Shown piece by piece: positions 27,101-40,775 of a stretch of DNA of 64,000 bases. Below the pieces are notes generated by a model that did no database searches, had not been told where the DNA came from, and saw only the letters and a list, made by a program, of their open reading frames with translations. Position numbers and translations under genes: made by a program. Source of the stretch: Mobula hypostoma (lineage: Eukaryota); the NCBI RefSeq assembly GCF_963921235.1, contig NC_086097.1, positions 105,464,001 to 105,528,000 of the forward strand, in the 5' to 3' direction. Numbering within the stretch: position 1 is the stretch's first letter; each line of letters starts with the position of its first letter.

Positions 27101-27876
27101 CTTCAGAAATCTCGGCAGAGAGATCAATTTTTAATTCTGGAATCTCCATAGGATGAAATGTTTCCTTTTCTGTAATCACCCTCAAGTGAACAGTTTCCCA
27201 TTCTGTAATCACCATAGTGTGAACAGGTTCCCAATCTCTAAACACCGTGGTGTGGACAGTTTCCCATTCTGTTATCACCACAGAGTGAACAGTTTCCCTT
27301 TTTGTAATCAACATAGGTTGTATAGTTTCCCATTCTGCAATCACCAGAGGGTGCATATTTGCCCATTCTGTAATCACCACAGGGTGAACAGTTTCCCATT
27401 CTGTAATCAACATAGGTTGTATAGTTTCCCATTCTGTAATCACCATAGTTGTTTCATTTTCCATTCTGTAATCACCATCGAATGGACAGTTTCCAATTCT
27501 GTAATCACCATAGGGTGAACAGTTTCTCATTCTGTAATTACCATCGGGTGAAAAGTTTCCCATTCTGTAATCACAGCAGAGTGAGCAGTTGCCCTTTCGG
27601 TAATCACAATGGGGTGAATAGTTTCCCATTATGTAATGACCATAGCTGTCTAGTTTCCATTCTGTAATGAACAGAGTGAACAGTTTCCCATTCTGTAATC
27701 ACCATCAAGTGAACAGTTTCCCATTCTGTAATCAACATAGGTTGTACAGTTTCCCATTCTGTAATCACCATCGAGTGAACAATTCACCATGCTGTAATCA
27801 CAGTGGAGTGAGCAGTTTCCCATTCTTTTATCACATTCGAGTGAACAGTTTCCAATTCTGTAATCACCATACAATG
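24151..27876. repeat. 33-bp satellite block with kb-scale higher-order duplication
   Basis: Tandem monomers; runs of variants recur at offsets of 1610 and 1744 bp. Confidence 0.96.
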
Positions 27877-28558
27877 TAGATTAGATTAGATTGGATTAGA
27901 TTAGATTATGAGGACACGCAGTCCTCGTTTATTGTCATTTAGAAATGCATGCATTAAAAAATGATACAATTTTCCACTGGTGAGATATCACAAGACAGAC
28001 CAAGACTAAAACTGACAAAAACCACATAATTATAAAATAGAGTTACAGCAGTGCAAAGCAATATAGTAATTTCATAAGAGCAGACCATGGGCACGGCAAA
28101 AAAAGTCTCAAAGTCGCGATAGCCCCAACATCTCACGCAGACGGTAGAAGGGAGAAACTCTCCCTGCCATGAGCATCCAGATGCAACTTGCCGATATAGC
28201 ACCCTGAAAGCACCTGACCACTGTTCGACTCTAAGTCCGTCCAAAAACTTCGAGCCTCCGATCAGCCATTTGACAGCGAGCACCGAGCACCATCTCTGCC
28301 GAGCGCTTCGACCCCAGCCTCGGCCACCAGCAACAGGCAAAGCTGAAGATTCGGGGCCTTCCCCTCCGGAAATTCTGTGTCTCACAGTAGCAGCGGCAGT
28401 GAAACAGGCATTTCAGAGGTTTCACAAGATGTTCCTCCGTGCTGTCACGTCTGCCTCCATCAAATCAGAATTGTGGATGGCATCCTAGTTGGCAGATAAC
28501 AGATATTCATCACGGGAGAGGCCGCGTGCGCTGCATCGCGTTGCCATCTTCTCCTCCT
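27877..28558 (-). mobile_element. Short non-autonomous retroposon (LINE-derived or SINE-like)
   Basis: Minus strand starts GGAGGAGAAGATGGC and ends AATAAA, hairpin GAGGAC-N5-GTCCTC and an (AATCT)n tail; no recognisable ORF; satellite on both sides. Confidence 0.7.
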
Positions 28559-29791
28559 GTCTAGTTTCCCATTCTGTAATGACTAAAAAGTGAACAGTTT
28601 CCCATTCTGTAATCAACATCGACTTAACAGTTTCCCATTCTGCAAACACCATAGTGTGAACAGGTTCCCAATCTCTAATCACCAGAGAGTGAACAATTTC
28701 CCATTCTGTAATCACCATAGGGTGAATAGTTTCCCATTCTGTAATCACCATTGGGAGAACATTTTCCCATTCTGTGATCACCATAGCTGTATCGGTTCCC
28801 ATTCTGTAATCACCACAGAGTGAACAGTTTCCCATTCTGTAATCACGAAAGGGTGAATAGTTTCTGATTCTGTAATCAACATAGGTTGTACAGTTTCCCA
28901 TTCGGTAATCACCAGAGCGTGTATATCTTCCCATTCTGTAATGACCATAGCTGTATAGTTTCCCATTCCGTAATCACCATAGAGTGAACAGTTTCCCATT
29001 GTGTAATCACCATAGTGTTAACAGTCTCCAATTCTGTTCTCACTATAGAGTGAACAGGTTCCCATTCTGAAATCTCTGCAGAGAGAACAATTTTAAATTC
29101 TGTAATCTCCATAGGATGAAATGTTTCCTATTCTGTAATCACAATACGGTGAACAGTTTCCCATTCTGTAATCACCGTGGAGTTAACAGTTTCCCATTCT
29201 GTTATCACCATCGAGTGAACAGATTCCCATTCTGTAATCAACATAGGTTGTATACTTTCCCATTCTGTAATCACCATAGCATGATCTGTTTTCCATTCTG
29301 TAATCACCATACGGTGTATAGTTTCCCATTCTGTAATCACCAATACGGTGTATAGTTTCCTATTCTGTAATGACCAGCGAGTGACCAGTTTCCCATTCTG
29401 TAATCACCATACGGTGAACAGTTTCCCATTCAGTCATCACCGAAGGGCGTATAGATCGCATTCTGCAATCACCATAGAGTGAGCAGTTTCCAATTCTGTC
29501 ATCACCACAGAGTGAACAGCTTCCCATTCTGTAATCACCATCAAGCAAACAGTTTCCCATTGTGTAATCACCACAGTATGAAATGTTTCCCATTCTGTAC
29601 CCACAATAGGTTCCCATTCTCTAATCACCATAGAGTTAACAGATTCCTATACTGCAAACACCATAGTGTGAACAGGTTCCCATTCTAGAATGATCATGAA
29701 ATTAACTATTTCCCATTCTGTAATCACCAGAAAGTGAACAGTTTCCCATTCTGTAATCACCACAGGGTGAACTGTTTCCCATTCTGCATTC
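28559..29791. repeat. 33-bp satellite block
   Basis: Tandem monomers. Confidence 0.96.
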
Positions 29792-31207
29792 TGTCATTGT
29801 CCGGATCGGGGTCCCTTTAAATTTAGCTTGTTTATGTTACGATCCGGACCATTGATTCCCTGTTTCCCCATGTCCCTCGACTTTGGTGATTAGAGGCAAT
29901 TAACACTCGGCTGAACCGGTAGTTTATCGTCTCCGGCTGTCAGCCGTTCGGTGCGGGAACGTCTGCAAAGTCACGGCGTGCCAATGTCATCTGGCCGGAG
30001 CAAGACTTGTCTCCGCCCGAAGCGAGTGCCGGTAATTCGCCTTTCCTCACCGGAGCAACCCTGTCCAGTTACCTCGCCAAAGCGAGCCTGCAAAGTTTCC
30101 TCATCAAGGTGGGTCCGTCAGTTAACCCACTGGAGAGAATCAAGAGCCGCTGACTACTGTTCCCGGGCCGAGTCGAGAGCCTGGCACTACCCGGAGGTTC
30201 CAAGCACCACGTCCTGGCTCTGGCGGCATCCAAGTACCATGTCCACGTCCTGGCTCTGGCGGCATCCAAGTACCGCGTCCACGTCCTGGCTCTGGCGGCG
30301 TTCAAGTACCATGTCAAGTCCTGGCCCTGGAGGTGTTCAAGTACCAAGTCAAGTCCTGGCTCTGGCGGCGTTCAAGCACCAAGTCAAGTCCTGGTCCTAG
30401 AGGCTTCCCAGTTCTGAGTCAAGTCCCGCCCCTGGTGGTCTGTGATTCCTGTCCTATCCCCTTGTCTGAATCCCTTCTCTGCCCCTCTTGCCCCTAGCCC
30501 TCGTCTGCAGCCCCTGCCTGCACTTCGGCCTCGTTCCATCACCGGAGCTATATAGGTACTGTCTGGTGTTCATTGGTGTTGGTCTTGTCTTGTCTGGTCC
30601 TCACCTCCGTGGGGTAAGTCAGGCCGTCTTGCCATTGCTCCGCGGGGGGTCATGTCTTGTCTTGTCTGGTCCTCGCCTCTGTGGGGGTAAGTCTGACCAT
30701 CTTGCTGTTGCCCTGCAGAGGGTCATGAGTCCTGGCCCTATATCCTGTACCCTAGGAGGGGTCCCGGCCCTCTGTTCAGTGTAAGTCCCAGCCCTATGTC
30801 CTGTACCCAAGGAGGGGTCCCGACTCTGTGTTCTGTGTATGTGTCCATGGTTCCATGTACCTGCTCTCCCGAGACCGAGGCTCAGTGTTTCCATGTTCCT
30901 CCTCTCCCTAGCCCATGTCATGTCCATGCCTGGTTCTGGGGTCTGAGCCCAAGGCAAGACCCAGTCTCGGGCTCGGAGTCCATACCCTAGCCTCTTCATG
31001 TCTCCTCTAGTTCTGGGAGCCGATTCCGAGTCCAAGCCCAGACCCTTGGTCCCAGCCTAGTCGTAGTCCTGAGTCCTTGTCCAGTTTGCTACTCCTGCTC
31101 CTGCCTTGCTCTCCTAGTATCGAACAATAAACTAAATCTAAGTAACCTCACAAGATGTGTCTTGCATTTGGGTCCACACTTGCTCCCAATGCCCCGCCAT
31201 TGTGACA
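29792..31207 (+). mobile_element. Complete solo LTR (relative of copy A)
   Basis: TGTCA...TGACA termini; 5-bp TSD CATTC (29787-29791 / 31208-31212); AATAAA at 31126; shares GTCTTGCATTTGGGTC and GGGGTAAGTCAGGCCG blocks with the reverse complement of copy A. Confidence 0.87.
30210..30400. repeat. ~35-bp minisatellite inside the solo LTR
   Basis: GTCCTGGCTCTGGCGGCATCCAAGTACCATGTCCAC-like unit, about 5-6 copies. Confidence 0.85.
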
Positions 31208-32358
31208 CATTCACCGCAGAGTGAACAGTTGCCCATTCTGTAATCACCACAGGGTAAATAGTTTCCCATTCTGTAATCACCAGAGGGTGTATATTTTCCC
31301 ATTCTGTAATGACCATAGGTTCTATTGTTTCTCATTCTGTAATCACCATAGAGTGAAAGGTTTCCCTTTCTGTAATTACCATCGAGGGAACTGTTTCCCA
31401 TTCTGTAATGACCATAAAGTGGACTGTTTCCCATTCCGTATTTTTCATAGGGTGAATAGTTTCCTATTCTATTCTGTAATCAACATAGGTGGTATAGTTT
31501 CCCATTCTGAATCACCATAGTTGTTTTGTTTTCTATTCTGTAATCACCATCGAGTGAACAGCTTCCTGTTCTGTAATCACCATAGACCTAACAGTTCCCC
31601 ATTCTGTAATCCCCATAGCTGTATCATTTCCCATTCTGTAATCACTACAGAGTGAACAGTTTCCCATTCTGTAATCACCGTAGGGTGAATAGTTTCCCAT
31701 TCTGTAATCACCATAGGTTGTATAGATTCCCATTCGGTAATCACCGCAGAGTGATCAATGTCCCATGCTGTAATCACTACAGAGTGAACAGTTTCTAATT
31801 CTGTAATCACCATCAGGCGAACAGTTTCCCATTCTGTGATCACAGCAGAGTGAGCAGTTTCCCTTTCGGTAATCACAATGGGGTGAATAGTTTCCCATTA
31901 TGTAATGACCATAGCTGTATAGTTTCCCATTCTGTAATCAACACAGAATGAACAGTTTCCCATTCTGTAATCACCGCAGACTGGGCAGTTGCTCATTCTG
32001 TAATTACCGTAGGGTGAATAGTTTCCCATTCTGTAATCAACATAGGTTGTATAGTTTCTCCTTCTGTAATCACCAGAGGGTGTATATTTTCCCATTCTGT
32101 AATGACCTCAGGTTGTTTTGTTTCCCATTCTGTAATCACCATAGAGTGAACAGTTTCCCATTCTGTAATCACCATCGAGTGAACAGTTTCCCTTTCCTGT
32201 AATTACCACAGTATGTAATATTTCCCATTCTGTAATCACCATATTGTGAACAGGTTCCCAATCTCCAATCACCGTAGAGTTAACAATTTCCCATTCTGCA
32301 ATCACCATAGGGTGAACAGGTTCCCATTCTTTAATCTCTGTAGAGTGAACAGTTTCCC
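31208..32358. repeat. 33-bp satellite block
   Basis: Tandem monomers. Confidence 0.96.
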
Positions 32359-33860
32359 CGTCACAGTGGGGACGCTGGTGACGTGAACGGACCCAAATGC
32401 AAGACACAGACACTGAAGTAGAAGGTACAGGACTTGACTAGAGTAGGGACGTGACAAGATACAGACAAGGAGCAGGGACAAGAACGCAGACTTGGGCTTG
32501 GACTGCGAGCCAGAGTCTGGAGAAGGACCTAGCACCTGAGCCTTGCCTTGGGTTTGGGCCCCAGAACCAGGCATGGACATGATATGTCTGCATGACTAAA
32601 GGCTGGGATCTTGTGGCTTGAGGCTTGGAGACAGGGTTGGGGTCTTGAAGCTTGAGGCTCAGAGACAGGCTTGGTGTCGTGAGGCTTGAGGCTTGGGTCC
32701 TGAGGCTTGAGGCTTGGAGACAGGCTTGTAGACTGGCTTGGAGGTTGAACCTTGAGGCTTGGAGACAGGCTTGGTGTCGTGAGGATTGAGGCTTGGAGAC
32801 AGGATTGGGGACATGAGGCTGGAGGCTTGGAGACAGGCTTGGTGTCTTGAATCTGGAGGCTTGGAGACAGGCTTGGAGTCGTGAGGATTGAGGCTTGGAG
32901 ACAGGATTGGGGACATGAGGCTGGAGGCTTGGAGACAGGCTTGGTGGCTTGAATCTGGAGGCTTGGAGAAAGGCTTGTGGTCTTGAGGCTGGAGGCTTGG
33001 AGACAGGCTTGGAGTCTTGAGGCTTGACGCTTGCAGACAGGCTTGGGGTCTTGAGGCTTAGAGAGAGGCTTGGGGCTTGGGTCTTGGATTAGAAACATAG
33101 AAACATAGAAAATAGGTGCAGGAGTAGGCCATTTATTATGATCATGGCTGATCATCCAACTCAGAACCCTGCACCAGCCTTCCCTCCATACCCCCTGATC
33201 CCCGTAGCCACAAGGGCCATATCTAACTCCCTCTTAAATATAGCCAATGAACTGGCCTCAACTGTTTCCTGTGGCAGAGAATTCCACAGATTCACCACTC
33301 TCTGCGTGAAGAAGTTTTTCCTAATCTCAGTCCTAAAAGGCTTCCCCCTTATCCTCAAACTATGACCCCTCGTTCTGGACTTCCCCAACATCGGGAACAA
33401 TCTTCTTGCATCTAGCCTGTCCAATCCCTTTAGGATTTTATACGTTTCAATCAGATCCCCCCTCAATCTTCTAAATTCCAATGAGTACAAGCCTAGTTCA
33501 TCCAGTCTTTCTTCATATGAAAGTCCTGCCATCCCAGGAATCAATCTGGTGAACCTTCTTTGTACTCCCTCTATGGCAAGGATGTGGAGGCTGGAGCTCT
33601 GAGACAGACTGGGAACTGTACATCAACATGAAGCCAGGACTTATCCTTCGAAAAGCCGGGACTCATCTTCAACACGTCACCAACATGAGTCAGAACAGTA
33701 CAGAGACATTGAACCGGGACTTAAAATTAGACAAGCCGGGACTAAACTTCATCTCCACACCAAGGTGGGACAGGACCATCCGCCGGGTAACGCAAAATGG
33801 CCGGACTTACCCAACAGAGGCAAGGAGAAGACAAGACAGGTCCATCCGCAGGGTGCTGGG
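32359..33860 (-). mobile_element. Truncated LTR copy B (interrupted by CR1)
   Basis: Same left junction as copy A; ends GCAGGGTGCTGGG|TCTCTAATCACC. Confidence 0.9.
33090..33583 (-). mobile_element. CR1 3' fragment
   Basis: (CATAGAAA)n tail; ORF 33161..33544 LGLYSLEFRRLRGDLIE...FFTQRVVNLWNSLP. Confidence 0.93.
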
Positions 33861-34865
33861 TCTCTAATCACCATAGAGTGAACAGTTTCCCATTCTGCAA
33901 TAGGTGTATTGTTTCCCATTTTATAATCACCAATGGGTGAACAGTTTCTCTTCCTGTAATTGTGAACAGTTTCAATTTCTCTAATCACCACAGTATGAAA
34001 TGTTTGCCATTCTGTAATGACCAAAAAGTGAACAGTTTCCCATTCTGCAATCACCATAGTGTGAACAGATTCCCATTCTGTAATCACCACAGGGTGTATA
34101 GTTTCCCAATCTCTAATCACTTTCGGGTGCATAGTTTCCCATTCTGTAATCACCAAAGGGTGTATATAGTCTCCTACTGTAATCAACATAGGGTGGACTG
34201 TTTTCCATTCTGTAATCGCCATAGAGTAAGCAGTTTCCCATTCTATCATCACCACAGAGTGAAGAGTTTCCCATTCTGTACTCACCACAGGGTGAACTGT
34301 ATCCCATTCTGTATTCACCGCAGAGTGAACAGTTGTCCATTCTATAATCACTGTAGGGTGAATAGTTTCCCATTCTGTAATCACCAAAGGGTGTACATTT
34401 TCCCATTCTGTAATGACCATAGGTTGTATTGTTTCTCATTTTGTAATAACCATAAGCTGCACTGTTTTCCATTCTGTAATGACTGTAAAGTGAACTGTTT
34501 TCGATTCTGTAATCAACATAGGTGGTATAGTTTCCCATTCTGCAACCAACATAGTTGTTTCATTTTCCATTCTGTAATCAGTATATAATAGAAAGTTTCC
34601 AATTCTGTAATCACCTTAGGGTGAACTGTTTCCCATTCTGTAATCACTATAGACTTAACAGTTTCCAAATCTGTCATCACCATAGGGTGAACAGTTTCCC
34701 ATTCTGTAATCACCACAGAATGTAATATTTCCCATGCTGTAATCGCCATAGTGTGAACAGGTTCCCAATCTCCAATCACCATAGAGTTAAAAATTTCCCA
34801 TTCTGCAATCACCATAGAATGAACAGGTTCCCATTCTGTAATCTCTGTAGAGTGAACAGTTTCCC

Positions 34866-36233
34866 CATCACAGTGGGGATGCTGGTGACGGGAACGGACC
34901 CAAATGCAAGACACAGACACTGAAGTAGAAGGTACAGAACTTGACTAGAGTAGGGATGTGACAGGATATATACAAGGAGCAGGGACAAGAACGCAGACTT
35001 GGGCTGGGACCGCAAGCCAGAGTCTGGAGAAGGACCCAGCACCTGGGCCGTGCCTCGCGCTCGGGCCCCAGAACCAGGCATGGACATGATATGTCTGCAT
35101 GACTGGAGGCTGGGGTCTTGAGGCTTGAGGCTCAGATACAGGTTTGGGGTCTTGAAGCTTGAGGCTTGGAGACAGGCTTGGGGTCCTGAGGCTTGAGGCT
35201 TGGAGACAGGCTTGGAGACTTGAGCCTTGAGGCTTGGAGACAGGCTTGTGGTCATGGGGCTGGAGGTTTGGAGACAGGCTCAGGGACTCGAGGCTGCAGG
35301 CTTGGAGACAGGATTGGTGTCTTGAGTCTGGAGGCTTGGAGACAGGCTTGGTGTCATAAGGCTTGAGGCGTAGAGACAGGCTTGGGGACATGAGGCTGGA
35401 GGCTTGGAAACAGGCTTGGGGACTCGAGGTTGCAGGCTTGGTGTCTTGAGTCTGGAGGCTTGGAGACAGGCTTGGGGTCTTGAAGCTTGAGGCTCAGAGA
35501 CAAGCTTGGTATCGTGAGGCTTGAGAGCTGGAGACAACCTTGGGGTTCTGAAGCTTGAGGCTTGGAGACAGGCTTGGGTCTTGAGGCTAGAGGCTTGGAG
35601 ACTTGAGCCTTGAACTTTGGAGAGAGGCTGTGGGTCTTGAGGCTGGAGGCTTGGGGACTCGAGGCTGCAGTCTTGGATAAAGGATTTGGGTCTTGACGCT
35701 GGAGGCTTGGAGACCGGCTTGCGGTCTTGAAGCTTGAGGCTCGGGGACAGGCTAGGTGTCGTGAGGCTTAAGGCTTGGAGACAGGCTAGGTGTCATGAGG
35801 CTTAAGGCTTGGAGACAGGCTTGGGATCCTGAGGCTGGAGGCTTGGAGACAGGCTTGGCGGTTGAGGCTTGACGCTTGCAGATGGTTTGCAGTCTTGAGG
35901 CATGGAGAGAGGCTTGGGGCTTGGATCTTGGAATCCGGAGGCTGACAACTTGGAGGCTGGAGCTCTGAGACAGACTGCGAACTGTACATCAACAGGAAGC
36001 CGGGATATATTCTTCGAAAAGCCGGGACTCATCTTCAACGTGACACCAACATGAGACAAAACAGTACAGAGACATTGAGCCAGGACTTAAAATAAGACAA
36101 GCCGGGTCGAAACTTCATCTCCACACCAAGGTGGGACAGGACCATCCGCTGGGGAAATGGCAAAACGGCCGGACTTACCCAACAGAGGCAAAGACAAGAC
36201 AAGACAAGACAGGTCCATCCGCAGGGTGCTGGG
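34866..36233 (-). mobile_element. Truncated LTR copy C
   Basis: Shared junctions; expanded 34-bp minisatellite at ~35104-35930. Confidence 0.9.
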
Positions 36234-37514
36234 TCTCTAATCACCATAGAGTGAACAGTTTCCCATTTTGTAATCACCATAGGTGTATTGTTTCCCATTT
36301 TATAATCACCAATGGGTGAACAGTTTCTCTTCCTGTAATTACCACAGTGTGACCAGATTCCCATTCTGAAATCACCACAGGGTGTATAATTTCCCAATCT
36401 GTAATCACCTTCGGGTGCATAGATTCCCATTCTGTAATCACCAGAGGGTGTATATTTTCCCCTACTGTAATCACCATAGTGTGAACAGTTTCCCATTCTG
36501 TAATGACCATGAAGTGAACAATTTCCCATTCTGTAATCACCAGAGAGTGAACAGTTTCCCATTCTAGAATCACCATAGGCTGAACATTTTCCCATTCTGC
36601 AATCAATATAGGCTGTATATTTTCCCATTCTGTAATCACCAGAGGGTGTATATTTCCCCATTCTGTAATCACCACAGTGTGAACAGTTTCCATTCTGTAA
36701 CCAGCATAGAGTGAACACTTTCTCATTCTGTAATCACCGAAGGGCGCATAGTTTCCCATTCTGTAATCACCACAGGGTGAACTGTATCCCATTCTGTATT
36801 CACCGCAGAGTGAACAGTTGCCCATTCTATAATCACCGTAGGGTGAATAGTTTCCCATTCTGTAATCAGCAAAGGGTGTACATTTTCCCATTCTGTAATA
36901 CCAGAGGTTGTATTGTTTCTCATTTTGTCATCACCATAGGGTGAACTGTTTCCCATTCTGTAATGACCGTAAAGTGGACTGTTTCTGATTCTGTAATCAT
37001 CAGAGGGTGAATAGTTTCCTATTCTCTAATCAACATAGGTGGTATAGTTTCCCATTCTGTAATCAACATAGTTGTTTCATCTTCCATTCTGTAATCAGCA
37101 TAGAATGGACAGTTTCCCAATTTGTAATCACCATCAAGTGAACAGTTTCCCATTCCGTAATCACCTTTGAGTGAACAGCTTCCCATTCTGCAATCACTAT
37201 AGATTTAACTGTTCCCAATTCTGTAATCACCATAGCGTGAACAGTTTCCCATTCTGTTATCACCATAGGGTGAACAGTTTCCCATTCTGTGATGGCCATA
37301 GGTTGTTTAGTTTACAATTCTGTAATGTCCATAGGGTGAACAGTTTCCCATTCTGTAATCACCATCGAGTGAACAGTTTCCCATTCTGTATTCATCTTAG
37401 TGTGAACAGGTTCCCAATCTCCAATCACCATGGAGTTAACAATTTCCCATTCTGCAATCACCATAGGGTGAACAGGTTCCCATTCTGTAATCTCTGTAGA
37501 GTGAACAGTTTCCC

Positions 37515-38386
37515 TGTCATAGTGGGGACCCAGATGCAAGACACAGACACTGAAGTAGAAGGTACAGGACTTGACTAGAGTAGGGACGTGACAAGATACA
37601 GACAAGGAGCAGGGAGAAGAACGCAGACTTGGGCTTTGACTGTGAGCCAGAGTCTGGAGAAGGACCTAGCAAGTGAGTCTTGCCTTGGGTTCGGGCCCCA
37701 GAACCAGGCATGGAAATGATATGACTGCATGACTGGAGGCTGGGGTCTTGAGGCTTGGAGACACAGTTTGGTTGTTGAAGCTTGAGGCTCGAGACAGGCT
37801 TGGGGTCTTGACGCTTGAGGCTCGGAGACAGGCTTGGTGTCGTGAGGCTTGAGGCTTGGGGTCCTGAGGCTGGGGGCTCGGAGAGAGGCTTGGTGTCGTG
37901 AGGCTTGAGGCTTGGGGTCCTGAGGCTGGGGGCTTGGAGACAGGCTTGGTGTCTTGAGGCTTGATGCTTGGAGACAGGCTTGGGGTCCTGAGGCTGGAGG
38001 CTTGGAGACAGGCTTGGAGTCTTGAGGCTTGACGCTTGCATACGGCTTGGGGTCTTGAGGCATGGAGAGAGGCTTGGGGCCTGGTCTTGGAATCCAGAGG
38101 CTGACAACTCGGAGGCTGGAGCTCTGAGACAGACTGGGAACTGTACATCAACAGGAAGCCGGGACATATTCTTCAAAAAGCCGGGACTCATCTTCAACAC
38201 AACACCAACATGAGACAGAACAATACAGAAACATTGAGCCGCGACTTAAATTTAGACAAGCCGGTACTAAACTTCATCTCCACACCAAGGTGGGACAGGA
38301 CCATCCGCCGGGTAAAGGCAAAACGGCCGGACTTACCCAACAGAGGCAAAGACAAGACAAAACAGGTCCATCTGCAGGGTGCTGGG
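37515..38386 (-). mobile_element. Truncated LTR copy D
   Basis: Shared junctions; short deletion near the left end, shared with copy G. Confidence 0.9.
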
Positions 38387-39438
38387 TCTCTAATCAGCAT
38401 AGAGTGAACAGTTTCCCATTCTGTAATCACCATAGGTGTATTGTTTCCCATTTTATAATCACCAATGGGTGAACAGTTTCTCTTCCTGTAATCACCACAG
38501 TGTGAACAGTTTCCCATTCTGAAATCACCACAGGATGAACTGTTTCCCATTCTGTAATGACCAAAAAGTGAACAGTTTCCCATTCTGCAATCACCATAGT
38601 GTGAACAGGTTCCCATTCTGTAATCACCATAGAGTAAGTAGTTTCCCATTCTGTAATCACCACAGAGTGAAGAGATTCGCATTCTGTAATCACCACAGGG
38701 TGAACTGTATCCCATTCTGTATTCACCGCAGAGTGAACAGTTGCCGGTTCTATAATCACTGTAGGGTGAATAGTTTCCCATTCTGTAATCACCAAAGGGT
38801 GTAGATTTTCCCATTCTGTAATGACCATAGGTTGTATTGTTCCTTATTTTGTAATCACCATAGGGTGAACTGTTTCCCATTCTGTAATGACCGTAAAGTG
38901 GACTATTTCTGATTCTGTAATAATCAGAGGGTGAATAGTTTCCCATTCTTTAATCAACATAGTTGTTTCGTTTTCCATTCTGTAATCAGCATAGAATGGA
39001 CAGTTTCCCAATTTGTAATCACCTTAGGGTGAACTGTTTCCCATTCTGTAATCACCATCGAGTGAACAGCTTCCCATTCTGTAATCACTATAGATTTAAC
39101 ATTTTCCCATTCTGTAATCGCCATAGTGTGAACAGTTTCCCATTCTGTAATCACCATAGGGTGTACAGTTTCCCATTCTGTGATGACCATAGGTTTTTAG
39201 TTTACAATTCTGTAATCTCCATAGAGTGAACAGTTTCCCATTATGTAATCACTATCGAGTGAACAATTTCCCTTTTCTGTAATCACCACAGTATGTAATA
39301 TTTCCCATTCTGTCATCACCATAGTGTGAACAGGTTCCCAATCTCCAATCACCGTAGAGTTAACAATTTCCCATTCTGCAATCACTATAGGGTGAACAGT
39401 TTCCCATTCTGTAATCTCTGTAGAGTGAACAGTTTCCC

Positions 39439-40775
39439 TGTCATACTGGGGACGCTGGTGACGGGAACAGACCCAGATGCAAGACACAGACACTGAAGTA
39501 GAAGGTACAGGACTTGACTAGAGTAGGGACGTGATAAGATACGGACAAGGAGCAGGGAGAAGAACGCAGACTTGGGCTTGGACCGTGAGCCAGAGTCTGG
39601 AGAAGGACCTAGCAAGTGAGTCTTGCCTCGGGTTCGGGCCCCAGAACCAGGCATGGACATGATATGACTGCATGACTGGAGGCTGGGGTCTTGAGGCTTG
39701 GAGACACAGTTTGGGTGTTGAAGCTTGAGTCTCAGAGACAGGCTTGGTGTCATGAGGTTTGAGGCTTGGAAACAGGATTGGTGTTTTGAGGCTGGAGGCT
39801 TGGAGAAAGGCTTGGTGTCTTGAGTCTGGAGGCTTGGAGACAGGCTTGGGGACTCGAGGCTGCAGGGTCGGAGAGAGGCTTGTTGTCTTGAGTCTGGAGG
39901 CTTGGAGACAGGCTTTGGGTCTTGAAGCTTGAGGCTCGGAGACAGGCTTGGTGTCGTGAGGCATGAGGGTTGGAGACAACCTTGGGGTTCTGTGGCTTGA
40001 GGCTTGGAGACAAGCTTGGGGTCTTGAGACTATAGGCTTGGTGACTTGAGCCTTGAGGTTTGGAGACAGGCTGGGGATCTTGAGGCTGGAAGCTTGGGGA
40101 CTCGAGGCTGCAGTCTTGGATACAGGATTGGGGTCTTGACGCTGGAGGCTTGGAGACCAGGTTGCGGTCTTGAAGCTTGAGGCTCGGAGACAGGCTAGGT
40201 GTCGTGAGGCTTGAGGCTTGGGGTCCTGAGGCTGGGGGCTTGGAGACAGGCTCGGTGCTTGAGCCCTGAGGCTTGGAGACAGGTTTGGTGTCTTGAGGCT
40301 TGATGCTTGGAGACAGGGTTGGGGTCCTGAGGCTTGATGCTTGGAGACAGGCTGGGGGTCTTGAGGCTGGAGGGTTGGAGACAGGCTTGGGTTCTTGAGG
40401 CTGGAGGCTTGGAGACTTGAGGCTTGATGCTTGCAGACGGCTTGGGGTCTTGAGGCTTGGGGCTTGGGTCTTGGAATGCGGAGGCTGATATCTTGGAGGC
40501 TGGAGCTCTGAGACAGACTGGGAACTGTACATCAACATGAAGCCCAGACTTATCCTTTGAAAAGCCGGGACTCATACTCAACACGATACCAACATGAGAC
40601 AGAGCAGTATAGAGACATTGAACCGGGACTTAAAATTAGACAAACCGGGACTAAACTTCATCTCCACACCAAGGTGCGTCAGGACCATCCGCCGGGTAAT
40701 GGCAAAACGGCCGGACTTACCCAACAGAGGCAAAGACAAGACAAGACAAGACAGGTCCACCCGAAGGTTGCTGGG
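39439..40775 (-). mobile_element. Truncated LTR copy E
   Basis: Shared junctions. Confidence 0.9.

Noticed and set aside
35104..35930. Resemblance of the G-rich tract to immunoglobulin switch regions
   Set aside because: The motif is GAGGCT, not AGCT-rich GAGCT; it derives from an LTR and no Ig exons are present.
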